This document shows positions 42,036-56,505 of a stretch of DNA of 64,000 nucleotides, piece by piece. The stretch's first letter is position 1. Each line of letters opens with the position of its first letter. This DNA comes from Octopus vulgaris (taxonomy: Eukaryota). Under the pieces are notes generated by a model that saw nothing but the letters and a program-made list of their open reading frames with translations, did no database searches and was not told the origin of the DNA. Position numbers and translations under genes: made by a program. The DNA lies in NCBI GenBank assembly GCA_951406725.2, contig OX597832.1, forward strand, positions 39,060,001 to 39,124,000. Reading direction: 5' to 3'.

Positions 42036-42199
42036 GCGTAGGAGTGGCTGTGTGGTAAGTAACTTGTTTACCAACCACATGGTTCCGGGTTCAGTCCCTC
42101 TGCGTGGTACCTTGGGCAAGTGTCTTCTGCTATAGCCTCGGGCCGACTAAAACCTTGTGAGTGGATTTGGTAGACGGAAGCTGAAAGAAGCCCGTCGTA

Positions 42200-42298
<99 letters not shown>

Positions 42299-42330
42299 TT
42301 CTGTATCTGTGTTTGTGTGTCTGTTAGTCT
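42036..42330 (+). mobile_element. SINE family A, 5' half
   Basis: GCGTAGGAGTGGCTGTGTGGTAAG..GGTTCAGTCCC..GAAACCCGTCG-like block, then (TA)n(TG)n. Confidence 0.88.
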
Positions 42331-42997
42331 TGCTAATCCAGAAATAAAAAAATACTTTTATACATACATACATACATACATACAATTGCATGTGTGTGCG
42401 TGTGATTATGTGTGTGCTTGTGAACGTATATGTATATACGTGCATGTGTGTGCACGCACATACATGCAGGCACACACGAACAGACATACAGACAGAGAAA
42501 GAGAAAAAAGAGTGAGTGAGAGAAAGCGTAATTCTAACGGCCTTGACAAAATTGCGGCACACGCTGTCAGCTATCCGGCCCAACTGATTTTTAGAACATG
42601 TAGAATTAGTAGAGAATCGTCTAGTGTTTCCTGTGGTTATAGCAATTTTGGTTATAGCAGTTTCAAACTGTTGGTATTCAACAGTTTAAAACTGTATTAG
42701 GAACTTGCCCCGAGAAGAAAGAAAAACGAAACAATCTTAAGAATTCCCAATCTTAACGAAACATACAGACCTAATTTATTTTCATTTAGTCTTTGACAGT
42801 TCTAATTTTCTTACTCCAGGTCTGTCAGATGAAATTATCATTTGTAATCGTTGAAGAAATTTCTTGGGTGTTATCCCGAGAATATAAGTTTCCTTTAAAG
42901 AGGTTGTTGTGAATCTTCTGCGTCTAAGTAACATGAAAGAACTGTGAGAAATTCGAGAATATGTATCACTGACTGAATGATTAATCTGCCGTTCCTG

Positions 42998-43040
<43 letters not shown>

Positions 43041-43266
43041 GTGTGTACATATGAATTTTACTAAGGAACAATATACAGTGACTTCGAAGTTTCAGCTTGC
43101 CACGATAATTACGAGCAAACAGAGAATTCAAAATCAGAAACCATTTTCCTTGTAAAATCCGTACGCTGATAAAAGAAAAAAAAATTACCGAGTAGAACTT
43201 CAATTGATTGTAAGACGAGTTTCGTATATTTTGACGTGTGTGTGTGTGTATGTGTGCGTGTGTGCG

Positions 43267-43297
<31 letters not shown>

Positions 43298-43856
43298 TTA
43301 TTAGTTCTTAACAGCAGAAGCAGCAACATGCATTCAACAAGCACCGACATTCGATCGGTATCGGTAAACACTAACTAAACACTCACTAATGTCGCAAAAA
43401 CAACGTGGGGTCTGTGTATAAATTAACCATAAGAGACAGAATCAGCGTTTGTAATGAATATTAATGAACACGTCTATCCTAACTTTGAAGTGTTGTTTTG
43501 GATGCTGGAACTGGGTCAATCGTCCAGAGACATTGTCTCGTACAGACCTTAAGTGCTGCAAAAAGCACAGATTATATACACAAGTATGCAGCACTTATAG
43601 ACCGATGTGGTCCAATTTGTTTGTTGATCAAAAATTCTCTCTATTTTCTGATTATGTAAATTTGATTTCTGATAAACTTTTGTTTATTTCGTTGTTACCT
43701 GTACCCTATGAGCATAGTGTGCCTGCATACCCATGCCCGGGGATAGCACAGGTAATTGATACCGATAGTAAATTCGGATACTTTTAAATAACTAGAATCG
43801 AACGAGTCATCGCTGAATAAAATATATTCACTTACAGCCGTATTCAATACGTTTCT

Positions 43857-44005
43857 ATACAGAGCGTTCCCCAGAAATGTATTCACATTTTGACTCCCTA
43901 TAATTCATTGAATTTTTTTATTTTTCTTCAGAGCAAATTGATCCTAATAATGGCATTTATTGTTAGTTAAAGATCAGATTTGGGGCGGGGATAACAACCC
44001 TGTAT
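43857..44005. mobile_element. Possible Tc1/mariner-type MITE
   Basis: Left end TATACAGAGCGTTCCCCAGAAATGT; right end ..CAACCCTGTATA. Both are TA-flanked, but the TIRs are degenerate. Confidence 0.35.
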
Positions 44006-44743
44006 ACTCAGATGTGAGAAAAATCTTTCGTTGGGGAAACACTATCGAGAAAGAATTCTCTTCGGAGCCACATAATATTTCATGTTAAGCTAATGTAACA
44101 CTATAACGAATTACGTAAATATATTTCTGTAGATAAAGCATATTTGAAGGAATAGTGTAAGAATTTAATGTTTTCAAGTAAAGATTTTTCAATAGATGAA
44201 ATTATATTGGAATAACGGGGAAAATATAATGATTTAGGTAATTATATTTCTATAGGCGAAAAGTACTATGTTGTGATAAAGCGAAACAGTAATCATTTCG
44301 GAATCTCTAACCAGTTACAATTTTGGGATCTCTATAATACACTTTTGTACAAGGAATGGGTGTAAGGTTAACATAGACATTAAATACACATTAAATACAG
44401 ATTAGTGGAGGAAATTCAGAATCGTGGCTTATATCCAACTTGCATGTAAGTTCAATAGATTAAACAAAACGTATCTAAACAAATGCCAGTTTTACATATA
44501 TACATAAATACATGCATACATACATGCACGCACACGCACATACACATATATATATATAGCTATATATACATAAATATATAATATTTACATACATGTATAT
44601 ACGTATGTATATATACATATATATATATATATGCATACATACATGCGTGTTTATATATATAGCTATATATATATATATATGTGAAGACATAGAGTGAGAG
44701 AGGGAGAGAGGGAGAGAGAGATAAAGAGAATCGATGTAAGTAC

Positions 44744-44880
44744 CTGAGTGGAATTCGATACGCAGTTTCCATTGGAGCTGCAAATTTCTTCCGAGTTTGG
44801 TAATTTACAGCTCTGATCTTTTACCATAACTTTCAATCTTAAACCGTACTCGCAATTCAGTGACGTGCTGTTGGATGAAG
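44744..44880 (-). CDS. eys: Internal coding exon of an Eyes shut (EYS)-like EGF-repeat protein gene
   Basis: Acceptor TTTTGTACATTTTGCAG and donor CAG|GTACTT; 137 nt, phase 1 to phase 0. Encodes SSNSTSLNCEYGLRLKVMVKDQSCKLPNSEEICSSNGNCVSNSTQ, which resembles the vertebrate EYS N-terminal motif C-x-x-GLRLNVTVK...FCSGHGKC as I recall it. The gene symbol is inferred from that similarity. Confidence 0.8.
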
Positions 44881-45512
44881 CTGCAAAATGTACAAAAATA
44901 AAAATCATCACCGTCATCGTCATCATAATCATCATCATCATCATATTATATCATATTATCATTACCATATGAAAGAGAGAAGCACATACTATCAAAACTC
45001 GTCTGAGTACGAATATACGAAGCCCAATACACCCAACATGACTACCCGTCTAATAATACTACACTATGCGCATGCGTCACGATCTTATGTGCGTGACATG
45101 GTGACCTCATCTCACGATGAACACCATATGTCCCTGCAGATGGGTCGTAGTTAGAATTTTCTTCAGGTCAAGTTGCCCGTCCCACTCAAAATGTCCCTGA
45201 GCAAGCATTAAGCATTGTTTAAGGATGATGAACGAAAGAGCCATTGTTTCCAGAGGTGGATTATTCAAACCTTAAACAATTTATATCAACACATGATGCC
45301 TCTCCACTAATCTTGCTTGTGATCAGAGATGCACAAATAATCAGCTATTAATAGATATGCTCAAAAGTGAAGCAGCTGAAAACCAATTCTGTATTATGGA
45401 GCAGAATATTTGCTGCTGTCCATCTTTTAGACAAAATATATACAGGCTAACATTTCCAATCAGTTAAGATCAGGAGCCATGAGAGCTTTTGCCTGGCATG
45501 GCATCAGGGCAT

Positions 45513-46752
45513 CATTATTATTATCATAATCATTTTCCGTTTCAATTGCATTTTATTTCAACTTCTGACCGGGTCTCAACCACAGACCTAAGGCACGTAT
45601 ATATTAGATGGATAAAAACCTCCGAAGAATGTGGCCGGTTGATGTCAACACAATTGTTTGAGTTTCATAGATTGTTGTTATCCCAGGGATCTGGTCAAAA
45701 AATTTGTCAGTAAATTCCTTGATCATTTCTAGGGCACCTACAACAACAGTGATGGTATTGGTTTTTAATTGCCACTTCCTAGATATCTCAACCACAAGGT
45801 CCTTATATTTCGACAGTTTTTCAAATTCTTTTTTTCTGAAATATGTCTATCAATAGGTAGTCATATCAATTAACAGACGTTTTTTTTTTTTAGGTTTTTG
45901 ACGACGATGTTTCGTGTGTTATCCTTTATTTGCCTGTCTACATCCCATAATTCCATAGGATGGTAACATTCTCTCTCTCAGTGACTGGCTCTGGATGGTG
46001 TTCATACCAGTTCTTAGGGTGCGGAATATCATAGTGATGGCATACGTTCCAGTGAAAGTATTGGCCAACATGATAATGCCTAGTTTTATATTCTGTAGAA
46101 TCAAGAACTGAGCAACCAGCAACAATGTGGTCAATACTCTCAAGTTTGTCATTGCAGAGTCTACACTTTGTGTCTGCCTCATTGTGTGTGACATTAACTT
46201 GGTAGTTCCGGGTGATGAGACTATGGTCTTGTGCTGTTAGGAGGAATCATTTTGTTTCGGCTTCCAAACAAATACTCTGCAGCCACTGATGGGTTCTTCT
46301 TATATCTACATCAGCTTCCCCAGCTCGTTTGGAGGTATTACCCATGCAATGGTTTTTCTTCCTACAGCCTTGATATTTCCTCCAAGCTCTACAGTTTGGC
46401 TTTTGTTTTACACTTTTTTACTGCCTTAGTGGGTGGCGTATCCTCTTTTTTATCATCATAATAAGGCAATGCTAAAGCATCATAATAAGGCATCAATAAG
46501 GCATGCTAAGCTCCCGTCTTTATTTATATGCCTCTTTAAGATTCAGTACAGTTTCGTAATCTGCTCGTGTTGCCTTACCAACTGTATCATCCAGTCGGTG
46601 TTACTTTGGATGTACACTTGAAGTCCTATCATGGTCGTTTTATACGACGTTTCAAGCTGGATTAGGCCTCTGCTACTTTCCTTTCGTGGGAGATAGAGCC
46701 TGTGGACATCAGAATTTGGGTGGTGCATACTGTTTAGTGTCAGCAGTTCTCT
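45513..46752 (-). pseudogene. R4/Dong-like RLE non-LTR retrotransposon, 3' portion
   Basis: HPNSDVHRLYLPRKESSRGL (RT thumb), IDHIVAGC..EYKTRH (zinc knuckle), NWYEHHPEPV, VVVGAL..ILRRFL. Ends in an (AAT/GAT)n tract. 5' end cut by a SINE B fragment at ~46755-46885. Confidence 0.85.
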
Positions 46753-47443
46753 AATTCCGCTGTAATTGACTTTGCCTTTCATCCTTTCGGATCGATAAAA
46801 TACATAGCACCTGATCACTGGGGTCGATGTAATCGACCTAACCCCTCCCGGAATTGCTAGCGTTTTTCCAAAATTTGAAATCATTTTTATTATCACCCTC
46901 ATAATCGTCATCATCATTATCATCATAATAATCATCATCAACATCATTGTCCTTATTGTTGTTGCTATAACCAAGGGTGTAACATTAAAACCCTATATGC
47001 AAAAATAGAATAGCGTTATCTAGAATATTTTGTCTCAGGAAAACTTCTGTTAAGAGATCGAGTGGGTTACAAACACAGAGCTTGCTTAGAATGTCCTCGT
47101 CGGTTAGTGATACACCTTTGTTTCCACCTGATTTCATCTCCTCAGTGACAAAATCTAGATATTTTGAACCAAGTCGAAATCATTATTCCAATATGGAAAT
47201 CAGCAGTAAGATATTCACTGATTTGTGCCAAAGCTAGTCGGGATAAACTCCAATTAATATAAGCACTTGAAACAGCATAAGATTAATATAACCCTCTTAT
47301 ATTGGAGTTAATCCACAGACGAAGTTTTGCATTTCCAACGCTTAAAGTCTCTTAAGAGAATTCTCTCTGTAACAAAATATTACAGCTAACGCATTTCGTT
47401 TGCATGCAAACTGTATAGCTTATACACATCGTTATTTTGATAT

Positions 47444-47768
47444 GGAGCACTCCGTCGGTTACGACGATGAGGGTCCCAGCTGATACGATCAACAGAACAG
47501 CCTGCTCGTGAAATTAACGTGCAAGTGGCTGAGCACTCCACATACACGTGTACCCTTAACGTAGTTCTCAGGGAGATTCAGCGTGACACACAGTGTGACA
47601 AGGCTGGCCCTTTGAAATACAGGTACAACTCATTTTTGCCAGCTGAGTGGACTGGAGCAACATGAAATAAAGTGTCTTGCTCAAGGACACAACGCGTCGC
47701 TTGGAATCGAACTCACGACCTTACAATCGTGAGCCGAATGCCCTAACCACCAAGCCACGCGCCTTCAC
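47444..47768 (-). mobile_element. CORE-type SINE family C, full length with a 14-bp TSD
   Basis: Perfect TSD CGTTATTTTGATAT (47430-47443 / 47769-47782). A box TGGCTTGGTGG, B box GAGTTCGATTCC, CORE-like GTCCTTGAGCAAGACACTT. Confidence 0.93.
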
Positions 47769-47916
47769 CGTTATTTTGATATAATGCTGTTTCAGTTGCA
47801 AATGCTGTGACCTGGCCAGGTTTCGCTCAAACCCGGGCATGTGTTGTTTGCTGATTTTTACATCGGAACATTGATATCGATTTACCTTAGAATATCCAGG
47901 GATGTTCATCACTGAA

Positions 47917-47957
47917 GTGTGAAGATACCTACTGGAGTTGAAACAGCGCTGTCACAC
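47917..47957 (+). ncRNA. Degenerate hammerhead relic
   Basis: GTGT -GAAGA ... GAAAC AGCGCT GTC ACAC. Stem I and a palindromic helix III are intact; the CU of the core is missing. Confidence 0.4.
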
Positions 47958-48166
47958 GATCCTCCCGTGGCATTCTAAACAAGTTCGGTGTTTCTGTGTT
48001 TTTAGTTCAAAGTTTCTTAAGGAAATTTTCTGAGACGAATTAATTCAGAAATCGCTGATCTGCGTTTCTATAAATATTATAAATGTTAACAACGACATTA
48101 TTGTAATTGAAAGCTGCTTCCAGGGCGTATAATGACTTAATACCCTTATTGTTTATTCTCTACAAT

Positions 48167-48380
48167 GAGGCGGTGAGCTAGTAGAATCGTTACAACGCCA
48201 GACAAATGCTTGACGGCATTTCATCTGTTTTTACGTTCTGATTTCAAATTCTGCTGAGGTCGACTGTGCGTTTCATCCTTTCGAGGGAGATAAAATAAGT
48301 ACCAATTGCACACTGGGGTTGATCTAATCATCTAGCCCCTCCTCTCAAATTTCAGGTCTTGTGCTTTACAGTAGAAAAGG
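48167..48380 (+). mobile_element. SINE family B
   Basis: Family B head, central GGTCGAC..TTTCATCCTTTCG block and short tail. Further copies at ~49185-49370 (-), ~51270-51440 (-) and ~59415-59490 (-). Confidence 0.82.
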
Positions 48381-48444
48381 ATGATTTCTTTACTACACGG
48401 TATGAATCAAATGAATCAAATAGTCCAGCTTTAACCAAAGCCAT

Positions 48445-48960
48445 TAGATAGAAAGTACGACGATATTTTTTTCTGGATTTGAACCTATTGTTGCGATAAT
48501 AACTGATACAACTTCCATTTTTGTTACTGCAAATCGCCATGTTCTTGATATTTTAACTGTTAATTCAACATATTTCGAAGATTTTTCTACTTCAATGTCT
48601 GCAATAGTTTTGTCTGAAGTAATTGCAACATCTGCTACGAGGTATATTTTTCTTTCCAAGTCATTAGTAATGATATTTGGCCTATGGTATTCAATTGTTC
48701 TGTCTGTCAGACGTTAAAATCACATGGAATGTGTAGTTTACGAGGTTCGTTTGCAACCCTTTTTTTCTTCCTGGAATACGATTCTGCCATTCGTCTGATG
48801 TGTTACATCTCAACCTTTTACAAAGTAACCTGTGCAAATTGAGACTGACCTTATCACGATGCAGCGGCTTGTAGTCTTTCTCAGCTAATATTTTACAATC
48901 TGCATTATGTCCAATATTTCCCGCTTGCACATTACATAGAAGATATTTAGTTGCAGAAGC
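48445..48960 (-). pseudogene. Second decayed R4-like RLE LINE fragment
   Basis: TDRTIEYHRPNII..LVADVAI..EVEKSSKYVEL..VVSVIIATIG (PD-(D/E)xK endonuclease region). Confidence 0.7.
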
Positions 48961-50213
48961 GATGCAATAAATATTCCTATTCACTGAATTATTATTTAGT
49001 GTTTGATCTTGAGAAGTTACAAATAAGGTTTCTATTTCTCTCTTTAAATTTCCAATCTGAAGTCATAACGATGTTAGGCTTGGCTTTTATCTCACTATCA
49101 TTGTATACTGCTATGTCCCAGTGGATGATGATATCGTTGTTACCATTTAACTTGTTTTGTTGATAATGATCCTTCCTACAGTTAACACAAGGTTTGAAAT
49201 ACTTTGAGGGAGGGGGCTCTTCGATTACATTGTCTCACCGAGCTCAACTGGTACTTATTTCATCGGCCCCGAAAGGATAAAAGGTGAAATCGACCTCAGC
49301 GGAATTTGAATTCAGATGATAGAGACGAACAGAAGACCTCTCAGTGTGCTAAAGATTCAAGCAATTCGCTGCTTTTGACTTGCTGATACTAATAACAGTT
49401 CATTGGTATGGTAGTGCCACTCGTTGGGACTGCTCGAGTTGTGCGCAGACCCACAGAGCTATAGTGAACAAACTGTTGCAGTTCCGAGCATTGTTGACGT
49501 GTGGAGTTATGCTGAATAGTTGTTATCGTGTGTAGGACAGATATGGAGATATGGTGAACGATCGAGTCCATCGTAAAGACCGCCCATCTTTAATAAGGCT
49601 AAGCGAGAAGTTTTCTTTTGCAAGATGGCTATGTCGAAACAAGTTGGGTACCTGATGTGACTGAAAACATTGAGATCAAACACCTTCTTTGGTTAATACT
49701 TCACCGACTTTATCAAGTTCCACTTAGAAAAGAAACATAGATTTGCTCTTCTCCTGTAAATTTATCCAAAAGTGAGTTACGGTAAAGAAAAATTATTCAA
49801 GTTCATTTTGCTGAAAACTGTAGATCATAATTTCTCGACTGCTCGAGCACTCAGTGGTCGGAGTGAAGTGTGAGCTATGAACTTCCGTGACTGCCTCACG
49901 TTGGAGGCTTTCCTCCACCAGGAAGACTACATCTTTAATCTGTTCGTATATTTTGGAAACTATATTTTACTTTCCACTTCAATTTTCACCACATTTTTCC
50001 ACCACTACCACCAGTAAATGAGTTTTATGTAAACCACCATAAAAAATTGTAATCCCTGTCTCGCTCTCTGTAACCACCTACACCCACATCTGAAACTCAT
50101 GTGGTAAACGAAAGGAATCACCTTCATCACCAGCATCACCACCATCCTCAGCATCGTTTTCTTCTCCTCCTTCACTCCCTCTCCTCCTCCTACCCCTCAT
50201 CAACATTATCATC

Positions 50214-50258
<45 letters not shown>

Positions 50259-50300
50259 GTTGTTGTTGTTATTATTATTATTATTATTATTATCATATCA

Positions 50301-50343
<43 letters not shown>

Positions 50344-50363
50344 CATTATTATTATTATTATTG

Positions 50364-50395
<32 letters not shown>

Positions 50396-50729
50396 TTCAT
50401 CATCATCATCATCATCATCTTCATCATCATTTGGGCTTATCTACAATGGACGTGTTTTACGAGAACCTCAGCTAATGAAAAATTCATCGGATTATATGCT
50501 AAAACTGCATGGATATTTTATTTACACTGCTCATGATGAGATAAGCTCCTTATTAGTAATATTTTTGTCGTTAAAAAAAGAAAAACTCTTTTATTCACTA
50601 ATCAAAAAAAAAACAATACATTTTGACCGTAGCATTTTAAAACATGATCACGAGGAAAACATACGCCTTTAAAAATGATTTCAGCTGGAAAATATTAAGG
50701 AGACAAAATCCATCTTCTTTTATTGCTTG

Positions 50730-51146
50730 GCGTTTACTTGTTTCAGCCATTTGACTGCGGCCATGCTGGGGCTCCACTTTTAAGAATTTTTAGTCGAACG
50801 AATGCACCTAGTACTTATATTTTTTAAGCCTGGTACTTAATATATACGTTTTCTTTTTGCCGACACCCTAAATTACGAGGACGTAAACACACTAATACCG
50901 GTTGCCAAGCGGTGGTGAAGAACAAACACAATAACAACGACACACACACACACATGTATATATGCATATATTTATGTATATACGAAGAGCTTCTTTCAGT
51001 TTCCGTCTACCAAATCCACTCACAAGGCTCTGGTTGACCCGAAGCTATAGTAGAATATACTTGCCTAAGAATCCGCGTAGTGGGACTGAACCCGGATCAG
51101 TGTGGTTGATAAACAAGCTTCTTACCACACAGCCACACCTGCGCCT
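50730..51146 (-). mobile_element. SINE family A
   Basis: Head-to-tail match with 56098-56505. Confidence 0.88.
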
Positions 51147-52454
51147 GTAAGCATTATATTACAAACCTCGTTTGATATCACACAGAATGATATCCAAATT
51201 TCACAGGCAGATAAATTTTTTACCATTCCACAACGTTAATCAAACTTCAAGAATAAAATGACGTGCATTTTGGTACAAGGCCAGAAGCTTCGGGGGCGCG
51301 CTAAGTCGATTATATCAACCCCAGTGATCAACAGGTACTAATTTTACCAACCCCTAAAAAATGAATGCAAAGTCGACCGCGATGGAATTTGAACTCATGA
51401 CATAAAAATGCTGTCAAACATTTTGCCAGACGTGCGCGCCGCTATTTCAAGTGAAAATATTAAAAAAACTTTCCATTTGCATATGTTGCCAGCATTAAGG
51501 AACTTTTAGATATAAGTAGGTGTCGGAGGTGTGCAAAATCAGAGAAACAAAATAAAACAGACAGAGCTCGCGAAAAGCAAAGTCTACGGCTTGTTTAAGA
51601 AGGAATAGTATCCGTGGAAAAACCTTAGGCTATGAATGTTACGATTGTACGAACGAAGCGCCAGTTCAACTGGGCTTGGTCCTTTAAAATCAGAGTTGAC
51701 AGGTGCATAAATGAATATTGCTTGGGGCTTTAACCAGCGTTTCTAACGACTCTGCTAAACTATCATTCTAACAGCTGTTGCTATATTCATAATATCTAGA
51801 AACAAAAGAACATTCATTAATAATTCGAAATTATTATCCAGAGAGATTCCAAGAAGTAGAGAGGGAGAGACAAAGGAAGAATAACGCGGACACACAGAAA
51901 ACACACACACACACATAGACCCGCAGAAAGAAGACTTTTATTCTATAGCTTTTAAATTGAATATGTTCAGAAATGTGGTAAAATTTGGTTAGCTGAATGG
52001 GGTGTATTGTTTATTGAAGCATAGTACTTCAGTCTCCGCAAAGGCTAGCAATACACCGAATTCAAGCTGCATTTACAAATATATTGACTTGTAGGCATCT
52101 TTACGAATTTCAGTAGCAAAAATAATGGATTTTGCCAGTGAAAAACTCAAGTTTGAATCAATGGTTTCATTGTGTTAAGAAATTATGCTAAGAGCAAAGT
52201 TTTAATGCCTTACTTAGACCATATTCTATTTCTTTTTATTCTCTTCATAAATCTTCTACTGCAGAACTCAGTAATAAACTGTCAAATATGAAAATAAATC
52301 CTATAAGCCTCATAATTCTATAGATAAGATTTTTGTACTCCTAGGAATTCAGGTATTTCTTCACCCGAAAAGAATACGGAGGAAACGAAAAGAAGAGAAA
52401 CGAGCTTAAAATCTTGATAACTTTATTATTTGTTGTTTCTTGATTTTGGACTAT

Positions 52455-52825
52455 AAAGAGTACACAGAACGAGTACACAAAAAGAGTACACAAAAATAGT
52501 GCACAAAAAGAGTACACAAAAAGAGTATACAAAAATAGTACACAAAAAGAGTACACAAAAAGAGTATACGAAAAGAGTACACAAAAATAGTACAGAAAAA
52601 TAGTACACAAAAAGAGAGTACACCAAAAGAATATACAAAAAGAGTACACAAAAAGGGTACACAAAAAGAATACACAAAATAGTACACAAAAAGAGTACAC
52701 AAAAATAGTACACAAAAAGAGTACACGAAAAGAGTACACAAAAATAGTACACAAAGAGAGTACACGAAAAGAGTACACAAAAAAGTAAACAAAAAGAGTA
52801 TACAAAAAGAGTACACAGAACGAGT
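52455..52825. repeat. 13-bp minisatellite (GAGTACACAAAAA), about 28 units
   Basis: Directly visible periodicity with G/T first-base variants. The first and last units share the variant GAGTACACAGAAC. Confidence 0.95.
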
Positions 52826-53200
52826 GTATATTGAGTCTGAAGTAGACGTTACAATAGGATCGGAAAAGAGAGCTCATATCTTCAGAGTAAGGTCTTAAAA
52901 CTGAATTGACAATATCTACATGCTGTAACGTGGAAATTGTAGCCAAAATGTTTTAAGCAAAACTGTTCCTGAAAAAGAAGAAGTATGCATCATCAGATAA
53001 GGATGATTAAATGCAGAAAAAAGAGCGGCGGTGGAGGTGTGTATATTCAGATAGTATGAGATATATTCAGAACAGGAAGCTGCGAGAAGCGATGAAGTGG
53101 TGGACTGATTCTCTAGCTTCAAATAAATTATTGAAATCTCTATTATACGCTGCGTAAGTTGCAGCGACTACCATTTTTTAATGCCTCCCACACTGTTTTA

Positions 53201-53288
<88 letters not shown>

Positions 53289-53315
53289 CACATATAAACA
53301 TATACATATATATAC

Positions 53316-53353
<38 letters not shown>

Positions 53354-53543
53354 GTTATATATATATATATATATACATATATACACACACAGGCACACAT
53401 ATATATATATAAACACACACAGAAAGAGATGGGTGTGGGTGTGTATATGTGTGGATGTGTATAAACATACATACATATACACACACATATTTATATATAG
53501 GAAGGTATCTATATTCCTATGTATGTGTATATATATATGTGCA

Positions 53544-53574
<31 letters not shown>

Positions 53575-53936
53575 GGACGTGTGTGTGTATACATATATAT
53601 ACCATGTACATATGTAAATAGTACGTTTTGCGTATGTATATGTATGGGTGGGCAGCGAGGAAGACGGAGAGAGAGAGAGAGAGAGAGAGAGAAGGGGTAA
53701 GGGACAGAGAAAGAGGGAGAGAGAGAGAAAGAAGTCTTCACTGAAGAGTTAGTAAGCACTTGTCAGAGAAAAATATCTAAAAAAAAAAGAACTGGAATCC
53801 TTCCGGAATCATGGACAGAATTATGTGCAGATTTAGATGCCAAAATCACGTCGTGTGTCACGACGGCGCCCACTCGTCTCAAACAGGAATCAGTGCTCAT
53901 TGAAGGATCTTATATGGATCTTATATATATACACAC

Positions 53937-54080
<144 letters not shown>

Positions 54081-54096
54081 GTGTGTGTGTATGTGT

Positions 54097-54164
<68 letters not shown>

Positions 54165-54171
54165 ATACATG

Positions 54172-54202
<31 letters not shown>

Positions 54203-54297
54203 GTATATATATACATATATATGTATGTATATATATGTATATATATACATATATATGTATGTATATATATATATATGTGTGTGTGTGTATACATGTG

Positions 54298-54333
<36 letters not shown>

Positions 54334-55237
54334 ATTGTATTATATATATATATATATATATATACATATTTGTACGCGTAATTGCATTTATATACATGTG
54401 TACATACATGCACACGTGCGTTGTGCCTGCGCGCGCGTATGTGTGTGTGTTTGTGTGTGCATGTGTACGTGCGTATGTGCGCGTGTGTGTGTTCGTATGT
54501 ATGTGTGTGTATCGGGTGTATGTGTGAAAGTGATAGAGAGACGGAGAAGGCAATAAATGGAGTGGATTTCTAACGCAGCACTTGTTGCTAGGTTACTGTA
54601 GCAGAAACATCTCAGTTTTGCATGGAACTTTCCTAGACTTCAACTGTTGCAATATTAAGATTTCATGTGGTTTGTGTTATTTCCTGATTTTAAATATGGC
54701 GTTTTGTTCCTTCTTTTGTTTATTCGTTTTTTTTCTTTTTCTTAAACCTTGTTATTTTATTTATTTCTATTTCTATCTTATATTCTATTTATTTATTGCT
54801 TGATCTGATAGAAGAATGAAAATATCACTTTAAACATCTCTACCATTCCTTGCCTTCTGTTCTCTGGAACCATCCATCTCTTTCTGCACCTTATATTCCT
54901 TAAATTTTAGCTACTTTTCCTTCCCATTTATTTTAATTTTTAAGGTCTTCCATAATTTATTTCTACTGTCATTTAACGCTATCAAACACACACACACAAA
55001 CAAGCACATGCTCACATGTACGCACGTATACACATATATACACGCACAGGCATGTACTGATAGATACAAATATACATACATATACACATACACGCACACA
55101 TAAATATATACACATATACATACGCACACACAGACATGTACACACACACATATTCCAAAATATAAATTTATTATAAGGCTAGATTTGTTCATGGAAATTC
55201 AGATCTCTCTCTATTTCTCTTCCATATACATACATAC

Positions 55238-55629
<392 letters not shown>

Positions 55630-55651
55630 CTCATGTATGCAAATCAAGGGG

Positions 55652-55945
55652 TAAATAATAGTCATTATATGTTTTTTCTTTATTGTAGTTTGACTTACAG
55701 CTGTTTCCAGTAGTTATTATAGGTTCGATATTGATAGGTTTACTCGATCAGTCCATTTATCGGTTGAGAAATACTAAGCAGAAGCTGACGGAAGTAGCAT
55801 TAAGCTTTCAGGTCGTACAGCTTTTCCCAACCGGTCACAGGATCCGATTGAGAAAACCTATCAAAACTGAACCTATAATCATAACTGGAAACAGGTGTGA
55901 GTCAAACTTACCACAATAAAGAAATATATGTCATAACAATTATTT
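55652..55945. mobile_element. MITE/fold-back element with long imperfect terminal inverted repeats
   Basis: GTTTGACTTACAGCTGTTTCCAGT..TTATAGGTTC..TTGATAGGTTT is mirrored by AAACCTATCAA..GAACCTATAA..ACTGGAAACAGGTGTGAGTCAAAC. Confidence 0.75.
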
Positions 55946-56097
55946 ACGCCTTGTCTTGTATATTAGTCTGTGCAAAAACCAGTATAACTGAAGCACAATC
56001 ATGGATTTACAATAGAGAATGCTGATGCACCATACCCGCGGACCCTGCGACTAGAGTACGCGAATTTCTTTACTACTCTAAACGATATTGTTAACTT

Positions 56098-56505
56098 GGC
56101 GCAGGAGTGGCTATGTGGTAAGTAGCTTGCTTACCAACCACATGGTTCAGTCCTACTGCGTGGCACCTTGGGCAAGTGTCTTCTACTATAGCCTCAGGCC
56201 GACCAATGCCTTGTGCGTGGATTTGGTAGACGGAAACTGAAAGAAGCCTGTCGTATATATGTATATATATATATATATGTATGTGTGTATATGTTTGTGT
56301 GTCTGTGTTTGTCTCCCTAGCATTGCATGACAACCGATGCTGGTGTATTTACGTCCCCGTCACTTAGCGGTTCGGCAAAAAGAGACCGATAGAATAAGTA
56401 CTGGGCTTACAAAGAATAAGTCTTGGGGTCGATTCGCTTGACTAAAGGCGGTGCTCCAGCATGGTCGCAGTCAAAATGACTGAAACAAGTAAAAGAGTAA
56501 AAGAG
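56098..56505 (+). mobile_element. SINE family A, near full length reference copy
   Basis: tRNA-like head, CORE-like block, internal microsatellite and tail CAAGTAAAAGAGTAAAAGAG. Confidence 0.92.

Noticed and set aside
43829-43900. Possible extra minus-strand exon ending at GTAAGT
   Set aside because: No polypyrimidine tract, the peptide does not fit the EGF continuity, and the sequence looks like a transposon terminal repeat.
49630-49665. GTC-GAAAC..CTGATGT-GAC hammerhead-like string
   Set aside because: Core mismatch and no space for stem I.
52341-52946. 201-aa hydrophobic ORF
   Set aside because: It is the reverse translation of the 13-bp minisatellite.
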